Shown in pieces: positions 47,864 to 57,923 of a stretch of DNA of 64,000 bases (the stretch's first letter is position 1; every line of letters begins with the position of its first letter). This DNA comes from a virus. Its lineage: Duplodnaviria > Caudoviricetes. The notes below the pieces were generated by a model. The model worked only from the letters and a program-made list of their open reading frames with translations, did not search any database and was not told where the DNA came from. The stretch spans positions 9,530 to 73,529 of IMG/VR virus record IMGVR_UViG_3300044695_001846; one strand, written 5' to 3'. Both the position numbers and the translations under genes were made by a program.

Positions 47864-50800
47864 ATGACTTACGTTCCACTACACGTTCATACCCACTACT
47901 CCTTAATGGATGGGGTTGCAACTCCAGAAGAGTATGCAAAACGTGCTTCTGAAATTGGGCTATTAGCAATTGCGATAACTGACCATGGCGTTCTGTCTGG
48001 TCACAGACCTATGTACAGGGCTGCAAAAGCAAATGGCATTAAACCAATTTTGGGTATTGAAGGATATATAACTGCAGATAGATTTGATAATAGAGACAAG
48101 TCTGAAAGAACAGAACCCCTTGATATGGTTTATAATCATATTGTTCTTCTTGCAAAAAATGACAAGGGCTTAGAAAATTTAAATAAACTTAATGAACTTG
48201 CTTGGACTGAAGGATATTACAGAAAGCCAAGAATTGACTTTGAAATATTGTCAAAGTATAGAGAAGGTGTAATAGTTTTATCAGCATGTATGAGTGGACT
48301 TCTTGCAAAAGCAATTGAGCATAAAGAATATGCTGCTGCAAAAAAACATATGACTTGGTTTAAAGAAAATTTTGGAGATGATTTTTATGTAGAAGTCATG
48401 CCACACAATCCTGCTGAATTAAATAAAGAACTTTTGGAAATGGCAGATACATATAATGTTAAGCCAGTAGTAACTCCTGACTGTCACCACTCTGACAAGA
48501 GTCAAAAGGTAATTCAGGAAATGATGCTGCTTTTAAATACTCATGCAAAGCTTAATAAGGAATCTACTTTTGACAAGGCTTCAAAGATTGAAGACCCTAT
48601 GAAAAGACTTGATTATTTGTATGGCGAAGATAGAATGATGTCTTTTAGAAGTTTTGACATTCACTTGCTTTCCTATGAAGAAATTAAATCAGCAATGCAA
48701 CAGCAAGGTATTAAGCGTGAAGACATTTATGAAAATACTGTTGAGATTTCAAACAAGGTAGAAGAGTATACTATTAAGAGTAATCTAGACCTTCTTCCAA
48801 TAAAGGTAGAAAATCCTAATGAAGAACTTCTTGCACTTGCTTCCAGGGGTCTAGTTCTAAAAGGTCTTTCTGAAAATAAAGAATACCTAGACAGATTAAA
48901 CCTAGAACTTGAAGTTATTAAAAGCAAAAACTTCTCACCCTATTTTTTGGTTGTTCATAATATGCTTAATTGGGCAAAAGATCAGGGCATCATGGTTGGT
49001 CCAGGTCGTGGTTCAGCAGCAGGTTCTTTAGTTTGTTATGCATTGGGAATTACAGAAATTGATCCAATTGAATATGGTCTTTTGTTTTTCCGTTTTATTA
49101 ATCCAGATAGAGATGATTTCCCAGACATTGATTCTGATATAGCAGATGATAGAAGAGATGAAGTTAAGGCATACCTTGAACGTGAGTACAAGAATGTTGC
49201 ATCTATTGCCACATTCCTTGCATTTAAAGATAAGGGCGTTGTAAGAGATGTTGCCAGAGCATTTAACATTCCTCTTAATGATGTTAACAAAGTTCTTAAG
49301 GGAGTGGATAGCTGGGATGATTTTACAAGATCAACTAATGCTCAATGGTTTAGAATGAAGTATCCTGAAATTGTTAAATATGGAGAGCAACTTCGTGGAA
49401 GAATCCGTGGAACTGGTATTCATGCTGCAGGTGTAGTTACTGCAAAAGATTCAATTTTTAAATATGCACCACTTGAAACACGAATTGCACCAGGAAGCAA
49501 GGAAAGAATCCCAGTAGTTGCAGTAGATATGGAAGAGGCTGCAGAGATTGGTCTAATCAAACTTGACGTACTTGGTCTAAAAACTCTTACTGTAATTGAC
49601 CAGACTATTAAAACAATTAAAGAACGCCACGGAACAGAAATAAACCTTAAGCAGATACCTCTAAATGACAAGAAAGTCTTTGAGATGCTTTCTGAGGGGC
49701 GTACAAAGGGTGTTTTTCAGTGTGAAGCAACTCCATATACAAACCTCTTGGTTAAAATGAGAGTTAGTAACTTCGATGAACTTGTTGCATCAAATGCCCT
49801 TGTTCGTCCAGGTGCTATGAATACGATTGGAAAGTCTTACATTGCTCGTAAACACGGTAGAGAAATGGTTGAATATATTCACCCGTCTATGAACGACTAT
49901 CTAAAAGATACCTATGGTTGTGTATTGTATCAGGAGCAAGTTATGCAAGCTTGTGTAGTTCTTGGTGGGATGACCATGGTTGAGGCTGATAAGGTTCGTA
50001 AGATTATTGGTAAGAAAAAAGATGCTAAAGAATTTGACATCTTTAAAGATAAGTTTGTTAACAATGCAGAAAAGCATATTGGCATTAGAGCAAAAGATCT
50101 TTGGCATGACTTTGAAGCACACGCAGGTTATTCGTTTAACAAGTCTCACGCTGTTGCATACTCAACACTCTCATATTGGACTGCTTGGTTAAAGTATCAT
50201 TATCCAATTGAGTTTATGTTTTCTCTTTTAAAGAGTGAAAAAGATAGCGATACTCGTACAGAGTATTTAATTGAATCAAAACGTATGGGGCTGTCTTTAA
50301 AACTTCCACACATCAATGAGTCTGATGCAGACTTTAAGATTGAGGGTAAGGGGATTAGATTTGGTCTTGCTGCAATTAAGTGGCTATCAGAAGGAGTTGC
50401 TAATAAGATTATTGCTGGCAGACCTTTTGATTCTAAAGAGCAGTTTAAAAACTTTGCAATTAAAAAAGGCAGTGGAATTAATTCAAGAGCAGTAGAAGCG
50501 TTAGATCTTATTGGTGCTTTAACATTTGAAGATAATCCCAGAGATGAAGTAAAGGTTAGAGAAAATCTTTATGAATATCTAAATCTTCCAGAATTAAATA
50601 CAAGTGTTCCTCAACATTACTATGCATACATAGATCTTGTAGAAGACTTTGATGAACAGGGAGTATTTGTCTTACTTGGCATTGCAAAAAATATTAAGCG
50701 TGGAAAGGGGTGGTCAAGAGTAGAAATTATGGACTCAACTGGCGTTATTGGAATCTTTGATGATGAAGAAACTAAGATTGAACCAGGAAGAACTTATTTA

Positions 50801-51133
50801 ATTCTCGCAGGTGCAAATAGAATTTCTGAGGCTATTCCAATTGATGAACTAAAAGAGCATAAAGAAAATCCACTTATAAAGTTTTTAAATTATAAGCAGA
50901 TACCATTTGCAAATGATGAACACTTTGTGCTATCATTTACTCCTAGAGTTACTAAAGCTGGAAAGAGAATGGCTAATATGATTGTTGCCAATAGTTCAAG
51001 AGAAATGACTGCTGCAATGGTGTTCCCAACAATGTTCTCTACTGGATATATGAAGTGCCAGCCTGGAAAAGTAGCAAAGATTAATTTTGGTGAAACAAAA
51101 GAAGGAACTATTACATTGAAGGAAGTATTATAA
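47864..51133 (+). CDS. dnaE: DNA polymerase III alpha subunit
   Basis: PHP domain HVHTHYSLMDG/TDHG, GRGSAAGSL, PDIDSD, KLDVLGL, YSFNKSH. Confidence 0.95.
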   Translation: MTYVPLHVHTHYSLMDGVATPEEYAKRASEIGLLAIAITDHGVLSGHRPMYRAAKANGIKPILGIEGYITADRFDNRDKSERTEPLDMVYNHIVLLAKNDKGLENLNKLNELAWTEGYYRKPRIDFEILSKYREGVIVLSACMSGLLAKAIEHKEYAAAKKHMTWFKENFGDDFYVEVMPHNPAELNKELLEMADTYNVKPVVTPDCHHSDKSQKVIQEMMLLLNTHAKLNKESTFDKASKIEDPMKRLDYLYGEDRMMSFRSFDIHLLSYEEIKSAMQQQGIKREDIYENTVEISNKVEEYTIKSNLDLLPIKVENPNEELLALASRGLVLKGLSENKEYLDRLNLELEVIKSKNFSPYFLVVHNMLNWAKDQGIMVGPGRGSAAGSLVCYALGITEIDPIEYGLLFFRFINPDRDDFPDIDSDIADDRRDEVKAYLEREYKNVASIATFLAFKDKGVVRDVARAFNIPLNDVNKVLKGVDSWDDFTRSTNAQWFRMKYPEIVKYGEQLRGRIRGTGIHAAGVVTAKDSIFKYAPLETRIAPGSKERIPVVAVDMEEAAEIGLIKLDVLGLKTLTVIDQTIKTIKERHGTEINLKQIPLNDKKVFEMLSEGRTKGVFQCEATPYTNLLVKMRVSNFDELVASNALVRPGAMNTIGKSYIARKHGREMVEYIHPSMNDYLKDTYGCVLYQEQVMQACVVLGGMTMVEADKVRKIIGKKKDAKEFDIFKDKFVNNAEKHIGIRAKDLWHDFEAHAGYSFNKSHAVAYSTLSYWTAWLKYHYPIEFMFSLLKSEKDSDTRTEYLIESKRMGLSLKLPHINESDADFKIEGKGIRFGLAAIKWLSEGVANKIIAGRPFDSKEQFKNFAIKKGSGINSRAVEALDLIGALTFEDNPRDEVKVRENLYEYLNLPELNTSVPQHYYAYIDLVEDFDEQGVFVLLGIAKNIKRGKGWSRVEIMDSTGVIGIFDDEETKIEPGRTYLILAGANRISEAIPIDELKEHKENPLIKFLNYKQIPFANDEHFVLSFTPRVTKAGKRMANMIVANSSREMTAAMVFPTMFSTGYMKCQPGKVAKINFGETKEGTITLKEVL

Positions 51134-51460
51134 ATGGCTATTATTATTGATGAATTTGCAGCAGTATTACATGCAAATGCAAGAGACAAGGGATTCTGGG
51201 ATGACAATAACGGAACGATCTTTTATCTAAAGCAACTTGCAATGGTGCACTCAGAGGTCTCTGAGGTGCTTGAAGCAATACGCAAGGAGAAGGGCGATAA
51301 TCAGGTGGTAGAAGAACTAGCTGACATTATTATTAGAGTCTTAGATTTATATGCTGGTTTAGTTAGAGATGGATATACATCATTGTCTCTTGAAGAGTCT
51401 TTAAAAAATAAGGCTAAGATAAATACAGAACGTCCAAAGATGCACGGTGTATTAGCATGA
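51134..51460 (+). CDS. MazG-like NTP pyrophosphohydrolase
   Basis: HSEVSEVLEA...EELADIIIRVLD. Confidence 0.8.
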   Translation: MAIIIDEFAAVLHANARDKGFWDDNNGTIFYLKQLAMVHSEVSEVLEAIRKEKGDNQVVEELADIIIRVLDLYAGLVRDGYTSLSLEESLKNKAKINTERPKMHGVLA

Positions 51461-52470
51461 GTAAAATAGATTTAGATGATTTTTTATCTCAGTTAGATCC
51501 AAAGTTGCGTAAGAAGATTACAAGTGGGAATACTATTGAGATAACTAAACAAAAGACACCAAGTATTAGTTTGAATAATGCTCTCAAAGGTGGGTTTGGA
51601 TATGGTCGTCAAGTTCTTATCTGGGGAAACAAGTCTGCAGGAAAGTCTTCATTCTGTTTGCAGATGATTGCAGATGCACAAAAAGATGGAAAGGTCTGTG
51701 CTTGGATTGATGCAGAAGCATCTTTTGACCCAGAGTGGGCTAGAAAACTTGGGGTAGATGTAGATCAACTAATTTATTCAAATGCTAGAAGTATGAATGA
51801 AATGGTAGATGTTGGAGTCCAACTTATGAAAGCTGGAGTAGACGTTCTAATTGTTGACTCTATTTCTGCACTTCTTCCTGCTATTTATTTTGAAAAAGAT
51901 TCAGAAGAGTTAAAGCAACTAGAGAATACTAAACAGATTGGTGCAGAGGCAAGAGATATGACCAATGCAGTAAAGATGCTTAACTATGCAAACAATAATG
52001 ACAAGCCAACCTTGCTTGTTTTAATTTCTCAACAAAGAAATAATATTGGTGCAATGTTTGCCTCCCATCAACCAACTGGTGGACACGCTGTTAAATTCTT
52101 TAGTAGCACAATTGTTAAGTTATGGTCAAGCGAATCTGACAATCAGGCAATTAAGGGTAAGATAGTTTCAGGAGATAAGATTATTGAGTCTAAGATTGGT
52201 CGTGTAGTTAACTGGCACGTTGACTTTAACAAAACTGGTCCAGCATTTGTTGCAGGTTCTTATGACTTTTACTTTGATGGAGAAGGATCTATGGGTGTAG
52301 ATAAGATTGCAGACCTAGTTGATACCGCAGAACTTGTTGGTGCTATCCAAAAGGGTGGAGCCTGGTACACTATCGGAGAAGAGCGATTGCAGGGTAGGGC
52401 AAAAGTTATTGAGTGGCTAAAAGAAGATCCTAAAAGAGTTTTAGATTTAGAAGCAAAACTAGATGTATAA
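51457..52470 (+). CDS. recA: RecA-like recombinase
   Basis: GNKSAGKS, WIDAE, IVDSISAL, TGGHAVKF, GGAWY. Confidence 0.92.
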   Translation: MSKIDLDDFLSQLDPKLRKKITSGNTIEITKQKTPSISLNNALKGGFGYGRQVLIWGNKSAGKSSFCLQMIADAQKDGKVCAWIDAEASFDPEWARKLGVDVDQLIYSNARSMNEMVDVGVQLMKAGVDVLIVDSISALLPAIYFEKDSEELKQLENTKQIGAEARDMTNAVKMLNYANNNDKPTLLVLISQQRNNIGAMFASHQPTGGHAVKFFSSTIVKLWSSESDNQAIKGKIVSGDKIIESKIGRVVNWHVDFNKTGPAFVAGSYDFYFDGEGSMGVDKIADLVDTAELVGAIQKGGAWYTIGEERLQGRAKVIEWLKEDPKRVLDLEAKLDV

Positions 52471-52618
52471 AAACTTTTCTGAGTACAGAGGAAAGTTCTC
52501 TTGTCACTCATGCAAGCAATTAGTGTTAATTGCAAGATTTTATAGAGAAGATATGAAGCTAACTTGGCTTTGTTCAAATAGACATATGTCTGAAGTTATT
52601 TTAACAAGGGGGGCATAG
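52463..52618 (+). CDS. 51-aa Zn-ribbon-like protein (not in ORF track)
   Basis: MYKNFSEYRGKFSCHSCKQ...WLCSNRHMSEVILTRGA*; exactly bridges recA and the next gene. Confidence 0.65.
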   Translation: MYKNFSEYRGKFSCHSCKQLVLIARFYREDMKLTWLCSNRHMSEVILTRGA

Positions 52619-52917
52619 TGAGCGAACGTTCAGAACTTAAAAGAGCAGGTCTAAAGGCTCATAAAAATTCTGGCAGAGGTGCGGTAAAAGCTGATGGTAG
52701 TGATGATGAATTTGTTGTTGATGTAAAAGAATACAGTAAATCATTTTCCATTAGCCAGGATAACTGGGCAAAAATTGTTACAGATACCTTAAAGGTTGAT
52801 AGATCTAAGAACCCAGCACTAATGCTTGTTATTGGTGAAGGAAATAGAAAAGTCAGACTTGCTGTTATCGAATGGGAAGTCTTTGAAGAATTGAGGAATA
52901 ATGGAAACAACGATTGA
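52618..52917 (+). CDS. PD-(D/E)XK nuclease, Hjc-like resolvase candidate
   Basis: SE...NSGRG..KADG...VVDVKE. Confidence 0.6.
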   Translation: MSERSELKRAGLKAHKNSGRGAVKADGSDDEFVVDVKEYSKSFSISQDNWAKIVTDTLKVDRSKNPALMLVIGEGNRKVRLAVIEWEVFEELRNNGNND

Positions 52918-53218
52918 ACTACTAAATCAAGTAAATGGCTTTAATGAAATATCTGAGCATATGCAGGATGATGAACTGACTCAGACCTTAGTGCTAGTTG
53001 CTAAGCTAATTTCTAAACCAGATGTTCCTGCAGCAGTTGGGGTTGAACTAATTGTAAAGCTACAAGCATATTCTGCTAAATTTGCAATGCTTGCTTCCTG
53101 GTATACTAATGTTAAGAAAGATGAAAGAGCAAAAAAGAATATATACTATTCAGCTAAAGAAGCAACGGATAGACTAGTAGATGCATTAAAATATGCAGTT
53201 AGGATTAACAATGGCTAA
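52901..53218 (+). CDS. Hypothetical helical protein
   Basis: 105-aa ORF within the operon; GAGG RBS. Confidence 0.65.
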   Translation: METTIELLNQVNGFNEISEHMQDDELTQTLVLVAKLISKPDVPAAVGVELIVKLQAYSAKFAMLASWYTNVKKDERAKKNIYYSAKEATDRLVDALKYAVRINNG

Positions 53219-53990
53219 AAGCCTTATTAATAAGTTGGTTGAAAAACCAAAAAAGAGTGAAGAGAGTTTAATTGATAGTCAGGCAATTGTTGACAAGATT
53301 AAAGAGGGATATGCGTTACAAAGAAAAGCATCCTTTAAAAAAAGAGACAGCTTTACACCATCAACGCTAACCTATGGTGCAGGGAAGTGTCCTAGATTTT
53401 GGTACTTATGGTTTGAAGGAAATGATTCAGACGTAAAGACAGACTGGTACTCAGTTGCAAACATGGATAGTGGTACTGATCGTCATGGTCGTATTGAAAA
53501 GGCTATGGAGTCTGCTGGTATTCTAGTAACCAATGAAGAGCGTTTATCTTATGTAGACCCTCCTATTTCTGGTAGAACAGATGCAATTATTAAGTGGAAC
53601 GATATGGATATTCTTACTGAAATTAAGACACTTAATGAAGATTCTTTTCATTATCTAAACGTTAAGGGCGAAGCAAGAAAGTATCATGTTGAACAGCTTT
53701 TAATTTACATGAAGATTCTTAAAAAGAGTTTTGCATTCCTTGTTTATGAGTCAAAGAATAGTCATGAACTTTCTTTGTTCCCTGTTAAACTAACTGATCA
53801 CTATAAGAATTTTATTAATTACTTTTTTGATTGGATGAGAGAAGTAAAGAAGGCATCCGATGACGGTCTTCTTCCTGAAAATCCTTACCGTTCAAACTCC
53901 AAAGTTTGCAAGGGTTGTGATTTCGAAACAGTATGTCGTACAAAACCAAAGGGTGATATTAAAATAGCACCAAGGAAAGATCTTGAGTAA
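53211..53990 (+). CDS. Cas4-like PD-(D/E)XK exonuclease
   Basis: CPR, GTDRH, GRTD, EIKT, QLLIY, C-terminal CKGCDFETVC (Fe-S cysteines). Confidence 0.8.
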   Translation: MAKSLINKLVEKPKKSEESLIDSQAIVDKIKEGYALQRKASFKKRDSFTPSTLTYGAGKCPRFWYLWFEGNDSDVKTDWYSVANMDSGTDRHGRIEKAMESAGILVTNEERLSYVDPPISGRTDAIIKWNDMDILTEIKTLNEDSFHYLNVKGEARKYHVEQLLIYMKILKKSFAFLVYESKNSHELSLFPVKLTDHYKNFINYFFDWMREVKKASDDGLLPENPYRSNSKVCKGCDFETVCRTKPKGDIKIAPRKDLE

Positions 53991-54276
53991 ATTTTGTAAA
54001 CTATGCGATAATCATTTTGAAAGCAATAATAAAAATCAAATATATTGCTCACCTGAGTGCAGGGCAACTGCAACAAAGGAAAAGATTATGCAAAGATACA
54101 AGGTTTCAAAAGTTAAATCTCGTGCTACAAAGTCAAGAAAATGTGCTGGTGGATGCGGTATAGAAATTAGTATTTATAATGATATTGGTTTTTGTAATAG
54201 CTGCATGATGAGCAAAAAAAAGCTTGATCAAACATTGAAAGATATAAAAGGATACTTTGATTATGAGCAAACCTAG
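53983..54276 (+). CDS. Cys-rich Zn-finger protein
   Basis: CKLC...YCSPEC...CAGGC...FCNSC. Confidence 0.7.
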   Translation: MSKFCKLCDNHFESNNKNQIYCSPECRATATKEKIMQRYKVSKVKSRATKSRKCAGGCGIEISIYNDIGFCNSCMMSKKKLDQTLKDIKGYFDYEQT

Positions 54277-54850
54277 TTGGAAAGACATTGGTAAGCCAAA
54301 AAGGTTTATGTCAATAGATGCTTCTTCTACATCTGCTGCATTTGCAATATTTGAAAATAATGAGTTGGTTAAATTTGGTAAAGTTAATTTTACTGGAAAC
54401 GATCATTATAAAAAAGCTGGAGATGCTTGTAAAAAACTTACTCCACTGTTCAAAGAGTTTAATGTTGAAGCAGTTGTAATTGAAAATACTATCTTTGCAA
54501 ACTCTCCAAAAACATCAATGCAATTAGCTCTTGCACAAGGGGCTATCGTAAGTGCAGCCTACATTAATGGAGTAAAAGATATATACCCATGTGTACCAGT
54601 TGCCTGGCAAAACTGGATTGGAAACAAGGTTTTAACAAAAGATGAAAAGCTTGAACTAAGAAAAGAAACTCCTGGAAAGTCAGACTCTTGGTACAAGGGG
54701 AAAGAAAGAGAGTTTAGAAAAAATAGAACTATCAGACTTGTCAATATAGAGTTTATGACTGATGTAGATGACAATGATGTTGCAGATGCAATAGCTATTG
54801 GATGGTATGCAACAAATAACTGGAATAAGATTACTAAACTTGACTTATAA
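54263..54850 (+). CDS. ruvC: RuvC-like Holliday junction resolvase
   Basis: SIDASST, VVIE, LAQGAI, DVADAIAIG. Confidence 0.75.
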   Translation: MSKPSWKDIGKPKRFMSIDASSTSAAFAIFENNELVKFGKVNFTGNDHYKKAGDACKKLTPLFKEFNVEAVVIENTIFANSPKTSMQLALAQGAIVSAAYINGVKDIYPCVPVAWQNWIGNKVLTKDEKLELRKETPGKSDSWYKGKEREFRKNRTIRLVNIEFMTDVDDNDVADAIAIGWYATNNWNKITKLDL

Positions 54851-54866
54851 AGGATATAATGATATT

Positions 54867-55019
54867 ATGAAAATGTACACTAATGAAAATTGGCTAAGAA
54901 AAAGATTTTTAATGGACAAGAAAACACCAGAAGATATTGCAAAAGAGTGTGGAGTTTCTGTTGAAACTGTTTATGTCTATCTTGGCAAGTTTGGACTGAG
55001 AAAGAGTAGAAGGAAATAA
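54867..55019 (+). CDS. Small HTH DNA-binding protein
   Basis: WLRKRF..DKKTPEDIAKECGVSVETVYVYLGKFGL; TATAAT ends 6 nt before the ATG. Confidence 0.7.
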   Translation: MKMYTNENWLRKRFLMDKKTPEDIAKECGVSVETVYVYLGKFGLRKSRRK

Positions 55020-55354
55020 TGGCTGAATATCCATCAGAAGCATTCTTTGCAAACAAGAATGAAGATAAGATTAAAAAGATTCTTGAACTTTCTAAAACTG
55101 CACCAGCTGGATACAATATCCTTGCTGCCTGTTTAGAAATTACAGAGATGCTACTAGAAAAAAATGTGGCATATGGAAATTCTGCCCTAAACCCTATTCG
55201 TATCTTTAGTAATGCAGACGATATGGAACAATTGAATGTTCGCATTGATGATAAGTTAAATAGAATTAAAAATAAAAAGTTGTATGCAGGAGACAATGAC
55301 GAAGACGATCTAATTGGATACTTGTTGCTAAAGAAGGCTAAAAAGCGTGGCTAA
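55019..55354 (+). CDS. Nucleotide-modification-associated domain (DUF1599/Nmad1-like) protein
   Basis: LLEKNVAYGNS...VRIDDKLNRI...DDLIGY. Confidence 0.65.
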   Translation: MAEYPSEAFFANKNEDKIKKILELSKTAPAGYNILAACLEITEMLLEKNVAYGNSALNPIRIFSNADDMEQLNVRIDDKLNRIKNKKLYAGDNDEDDLIGYLLLKKAKKRG

Positions 55355-55634
55355 AAGAAAAATAACTTATTTAGATAGGTTTGAAAGAAAGTTCTCAATG
55401 ATTACTGAGAGTGGTCATGAAGTAAGTAAGGGTGACTTAATTAAGATTACTGGGGAGTATGGGGCTATCTTTAAGTTTCAATGTCTAGTCAAAAATCCCG
55501 AAAATGGTGTAGAATGGATAGACTGCTTTCAAATGCTGAAGGATATGTCTGGACCAACTAGGTCTTTTTATCCTGACAGGGTTAAGGCAGTAAAGAAGAG
55601 AGGTAAGCGTGTCAAGCGAAGCAGCGTTAGTTAA
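55347..55634 (+). CDS. Hypothetical SH3-like protein
   Basis: GDLIKITGE...WIDC...RSFYPDRVK. Confidence 0.6.
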   Translation: MAKRKITYLDRFERKFSMITESGHEVSKGDLIKITGEYGAIFKFQCLVKNPENGVEWIDCFQMLKDMSGPTRSFYPDRVKAVKKRGKRVKRSSVS

Positions 55635-56133
55635 TCATTTAGATCTTGTTAACAAGGTTGCATCAGAGTACCTAAAAGGTTCAGATGCCTCAGAGATTGC
55701 AAAAATTTTAAGCCTTCCAAGAGCAAAAGTTACAGAGCTACTTACTGACTGGAGAGTTATGGCTGCAAACAACCAGGCTATCCATGCTCGTGCAAAAGAA
55801 GCTCTTGCTGGTGCAGACCAACATTACTCCTCGCTAATTAAAAAAGCTTATGAAGTTATTGACTCTGCAGATCAAACTGCAAATCTAACTGCTAAGACAA
55901 CATCTATTAAACTTATCGCTGATATTGAAAGCAAAAGACTTGAGATGTTACAGAAGGCTGGACTCTTAGACAATCAAGAGTTGGCAGACGAACTTTTAGA
56001 AACAGAAAGAAAACAAGAAATACTTATAAATATTCTTAAAGAAGTAACTTCATCCTGCGACTCTTGTAGACCAAAAGTTTTAACAAAACTTTCTCAAGTT
56101 AATGAGGGTGGGGTAGTTGTAATTGACAATTGA
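55609..56133 (+). CDS. HTH protein, candidate terminase small subunit
   Basis: N-terminal HTH (YLKG..ASEIAKILSL), helical body; directly upstream of and overlapping TerL. Confidence 0.55.
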   Translation: MSSEAALVNHLDLVNKVASEYLKGSDASEIAKILSLPRAKVTELLTDWRVMAANNQAIHARAKEALAGADQHYSSLIKKAYEVIDSADQTANLTAKTTSIKLIADIESKRLEMLQKAGLLDNQELADELLETERKQEILINILKEVTSSCDSCRPKVLTKLSQVNEGGVVVIDN

Positions 56134-57907
56134 TATTAGTGACTTTATGGAGGCTCTTGATGAGTCCCCATTTTCAGAAACCCCAGTAGATGTTGTAACA
56201 TTTGTTACAGGTGAGAAATATTTAAATCAACCACAGTTGTCAGAGTATCAGTATACTCTTGTTGAGTGCATGAGCCAAATTTATCAAGAAAAAGATTTGA
56301 TTAGATTTATGGGTGAATCTGCAGGTAAAGAACATTATAAAAAATATACTAAGAGTGAAATTATAATGCAACTTGGAAAAGGTAGCGGAAAAGATTACAC
56401 ATCTACAGTTGGTTGTTCTTATTTAGTTTACAAGCTATTGTGTTTAAAAGACCCGTCAAGATATTTTGGTAAGCCATCTAATGATGCTATTGATATTATG
56501 AATGTTGCTATCAATGCTCAACAAGCAAAGAATGTTTTCTTTAAAGGATTTAGAAGTAAGATAGAGGGGTCTCCCTGGTTTGCAGGAAAGTTTTCTCCAC
56601 CAAAAATTGATAGCATTGAATTTGATAAAGCTATTACCGTATATTCTGGTCACTCAGAAAGAGAATCTGCTGAAGGTCTAAACTTAATGCTTGCAATTCT
56701 TGATGAGATTTCTGGATTTGCAATGGAGTCTGCAAGTGGAAATGATCACGCCAAAACTGCTGACAATATTTATAAAGCATTCCGTGGATCTGTTGACTCT
56801 CGCTTTCCAGACTTTGGCAAGGTAGTTCTTCTTTCATTCCCTCGTTTTAAAGGTGACTTTATTTCAACAAGGTATGAAGATGTTATTGCAGAAAAAGAAA
56901 CTATTGTAAGATCGCACGAGTTTATTTTAAACCCAGCACTATCAGAAGATGATCCACAAAATAAGTTTACTGTGGAGTGGGACGAAGATCATATCAATTC
57001 CTATAAACTTCCAGGAGTCTTTGCACTTAAAAGACCAACTTGGGAGATTAATCCTACAAGAAAGATTGAAGATTTTAAATTAGCTTTCTTTACAGATATG
57101 CCAGATGCACTAATGCGTTTTGCCTGTATGCCAACTACATCCTCTGATGCTTTCTTTAAAAATAGAGAAAAGCTCGGAATGGCATTTAAAAAGCATAACC
57201 CTATTGATGTTGGTAAAAGAATAGAAGAATCATTCCAACCAGATCCTGAAGTAACATACTATGTCCACGCTGACCTGGCACAAAAGCACGATAAGTGTGC
57301 CGTGTCTATTGCTCACATTGATAAGTGGGTAAGTCTACAATCGTTTAATGATTACCAGCAAATTGTTCCCTTTGTTGTGGTTGATGCAATTGTTTACTGG
57401 GAACCTAAAAAAGAAGGTCCAGTAGATTTATCAGAAGTGAAAAATTGGATTATTAATTTAAGAAGACTTGGATTTAATCTTGGCTTAGTAACTTTTGACC
57501 GATGGAACTCTTTTGATATTCAAAGAGACCTAAGTAGTGTGGGCATAAAAACAGAAACACTATCTGTGGCTAAGAAACACTATGAAGATCTTTCTATGCT
57601 TGTTTATGAAGAAAGAATAGTTTTACCTCAAATAGATTTATTACTTGAGGAAATGCAGGAACTTAGAATTATGAATAATAATAGGGTAGACCACCCTAGA
57701 AAGAAGTCTAAGGACCTTGCAGACGCTATGTGTGGATCTGTATATAATGCAATCAGCCATACAAGAAGAGAAAAAATTCAGGAAGTAGAAATTCATACCT
57801 ATCAATCTCGTCCCAAAGTTGACAAGGATGATAGTAAAATGGTAAAATCTAAACCTGAGATGACAGAAGATATCAAAGAGTATCTTATGAATTTTAATTT
57901 AATTTAG
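56123..57907 (+). CDS. Terminase large subunit
   Basis: Walker A GKGSGKD, Walker B AILDE, nuclease HADLA, FDRWNS, KDLADA. Confidence 0.9.
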   Translation: MTIDISDFMEALDESPFSETPVDVVTFVTGEKYLNQPQLSEYQYTLVECMSQIYQEKDLIRFMGESAGKEHYKKYTKSEIIMQLGKGSGKDYTSTVGCSYLVYKLLCLKDPSRYFGKPSNDAIDIMNVAINAQQAKNVFFKGFRSKIEGSPWFAGKFSPPKIDSIEFDKAITVYSGHSERESAEGLNLMLAILDEISGFAMESASGNDHAKTADNIYKAFRGSVDSRFPDFGKVVLLSFPRFKGDFISTRYEDVIAEKETIVRSHEFILNPALSEDDPQNKFTVEWDEDHINSYKLPGVFALKRPTWEINPTRKIEDFKLAFFTDMPDALMRFACMPTTSSDAFFKNREKLGMAFKKHNPIDVGKRIEESFQPDPEVTYYVHADLAQKHDKCAVSIAHIDKWVSLQSFNDYQQIVPFVVVDAIVYWEPKKEGPVDLSEVKNWIINLRRLGFNLGLVTFDRWNSFDIQRDLSSVGIKTETLSVAKKHYEDLSMLVYEERIVLPQIDLLLEEMQELRIMNNNRVDHPRKKSKDLADAMCGSVYNAISHTRREKIQEVEIHTYQSRPKVDKDDSKMVKSKPEMTEDIKEYLMNFNLI

Positions 57908-57923
57908 TAGAAATGGAAAAATA

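Noticed and set aside
53211-53990. Cas4-like gene as evidence of a CRISPR-Cas system
   Set aside because: No repeat-spacer array or other cas genes are visible; stand-alone Cas4-like exonucleases are common in phage recombination modules.
44689-57907. Inteins or introns in helicase, DnaE, RecA or terminase
   Set aside because: Lengths are ordinary and I saw no intein splice motifs or homing endonuclease inserts.
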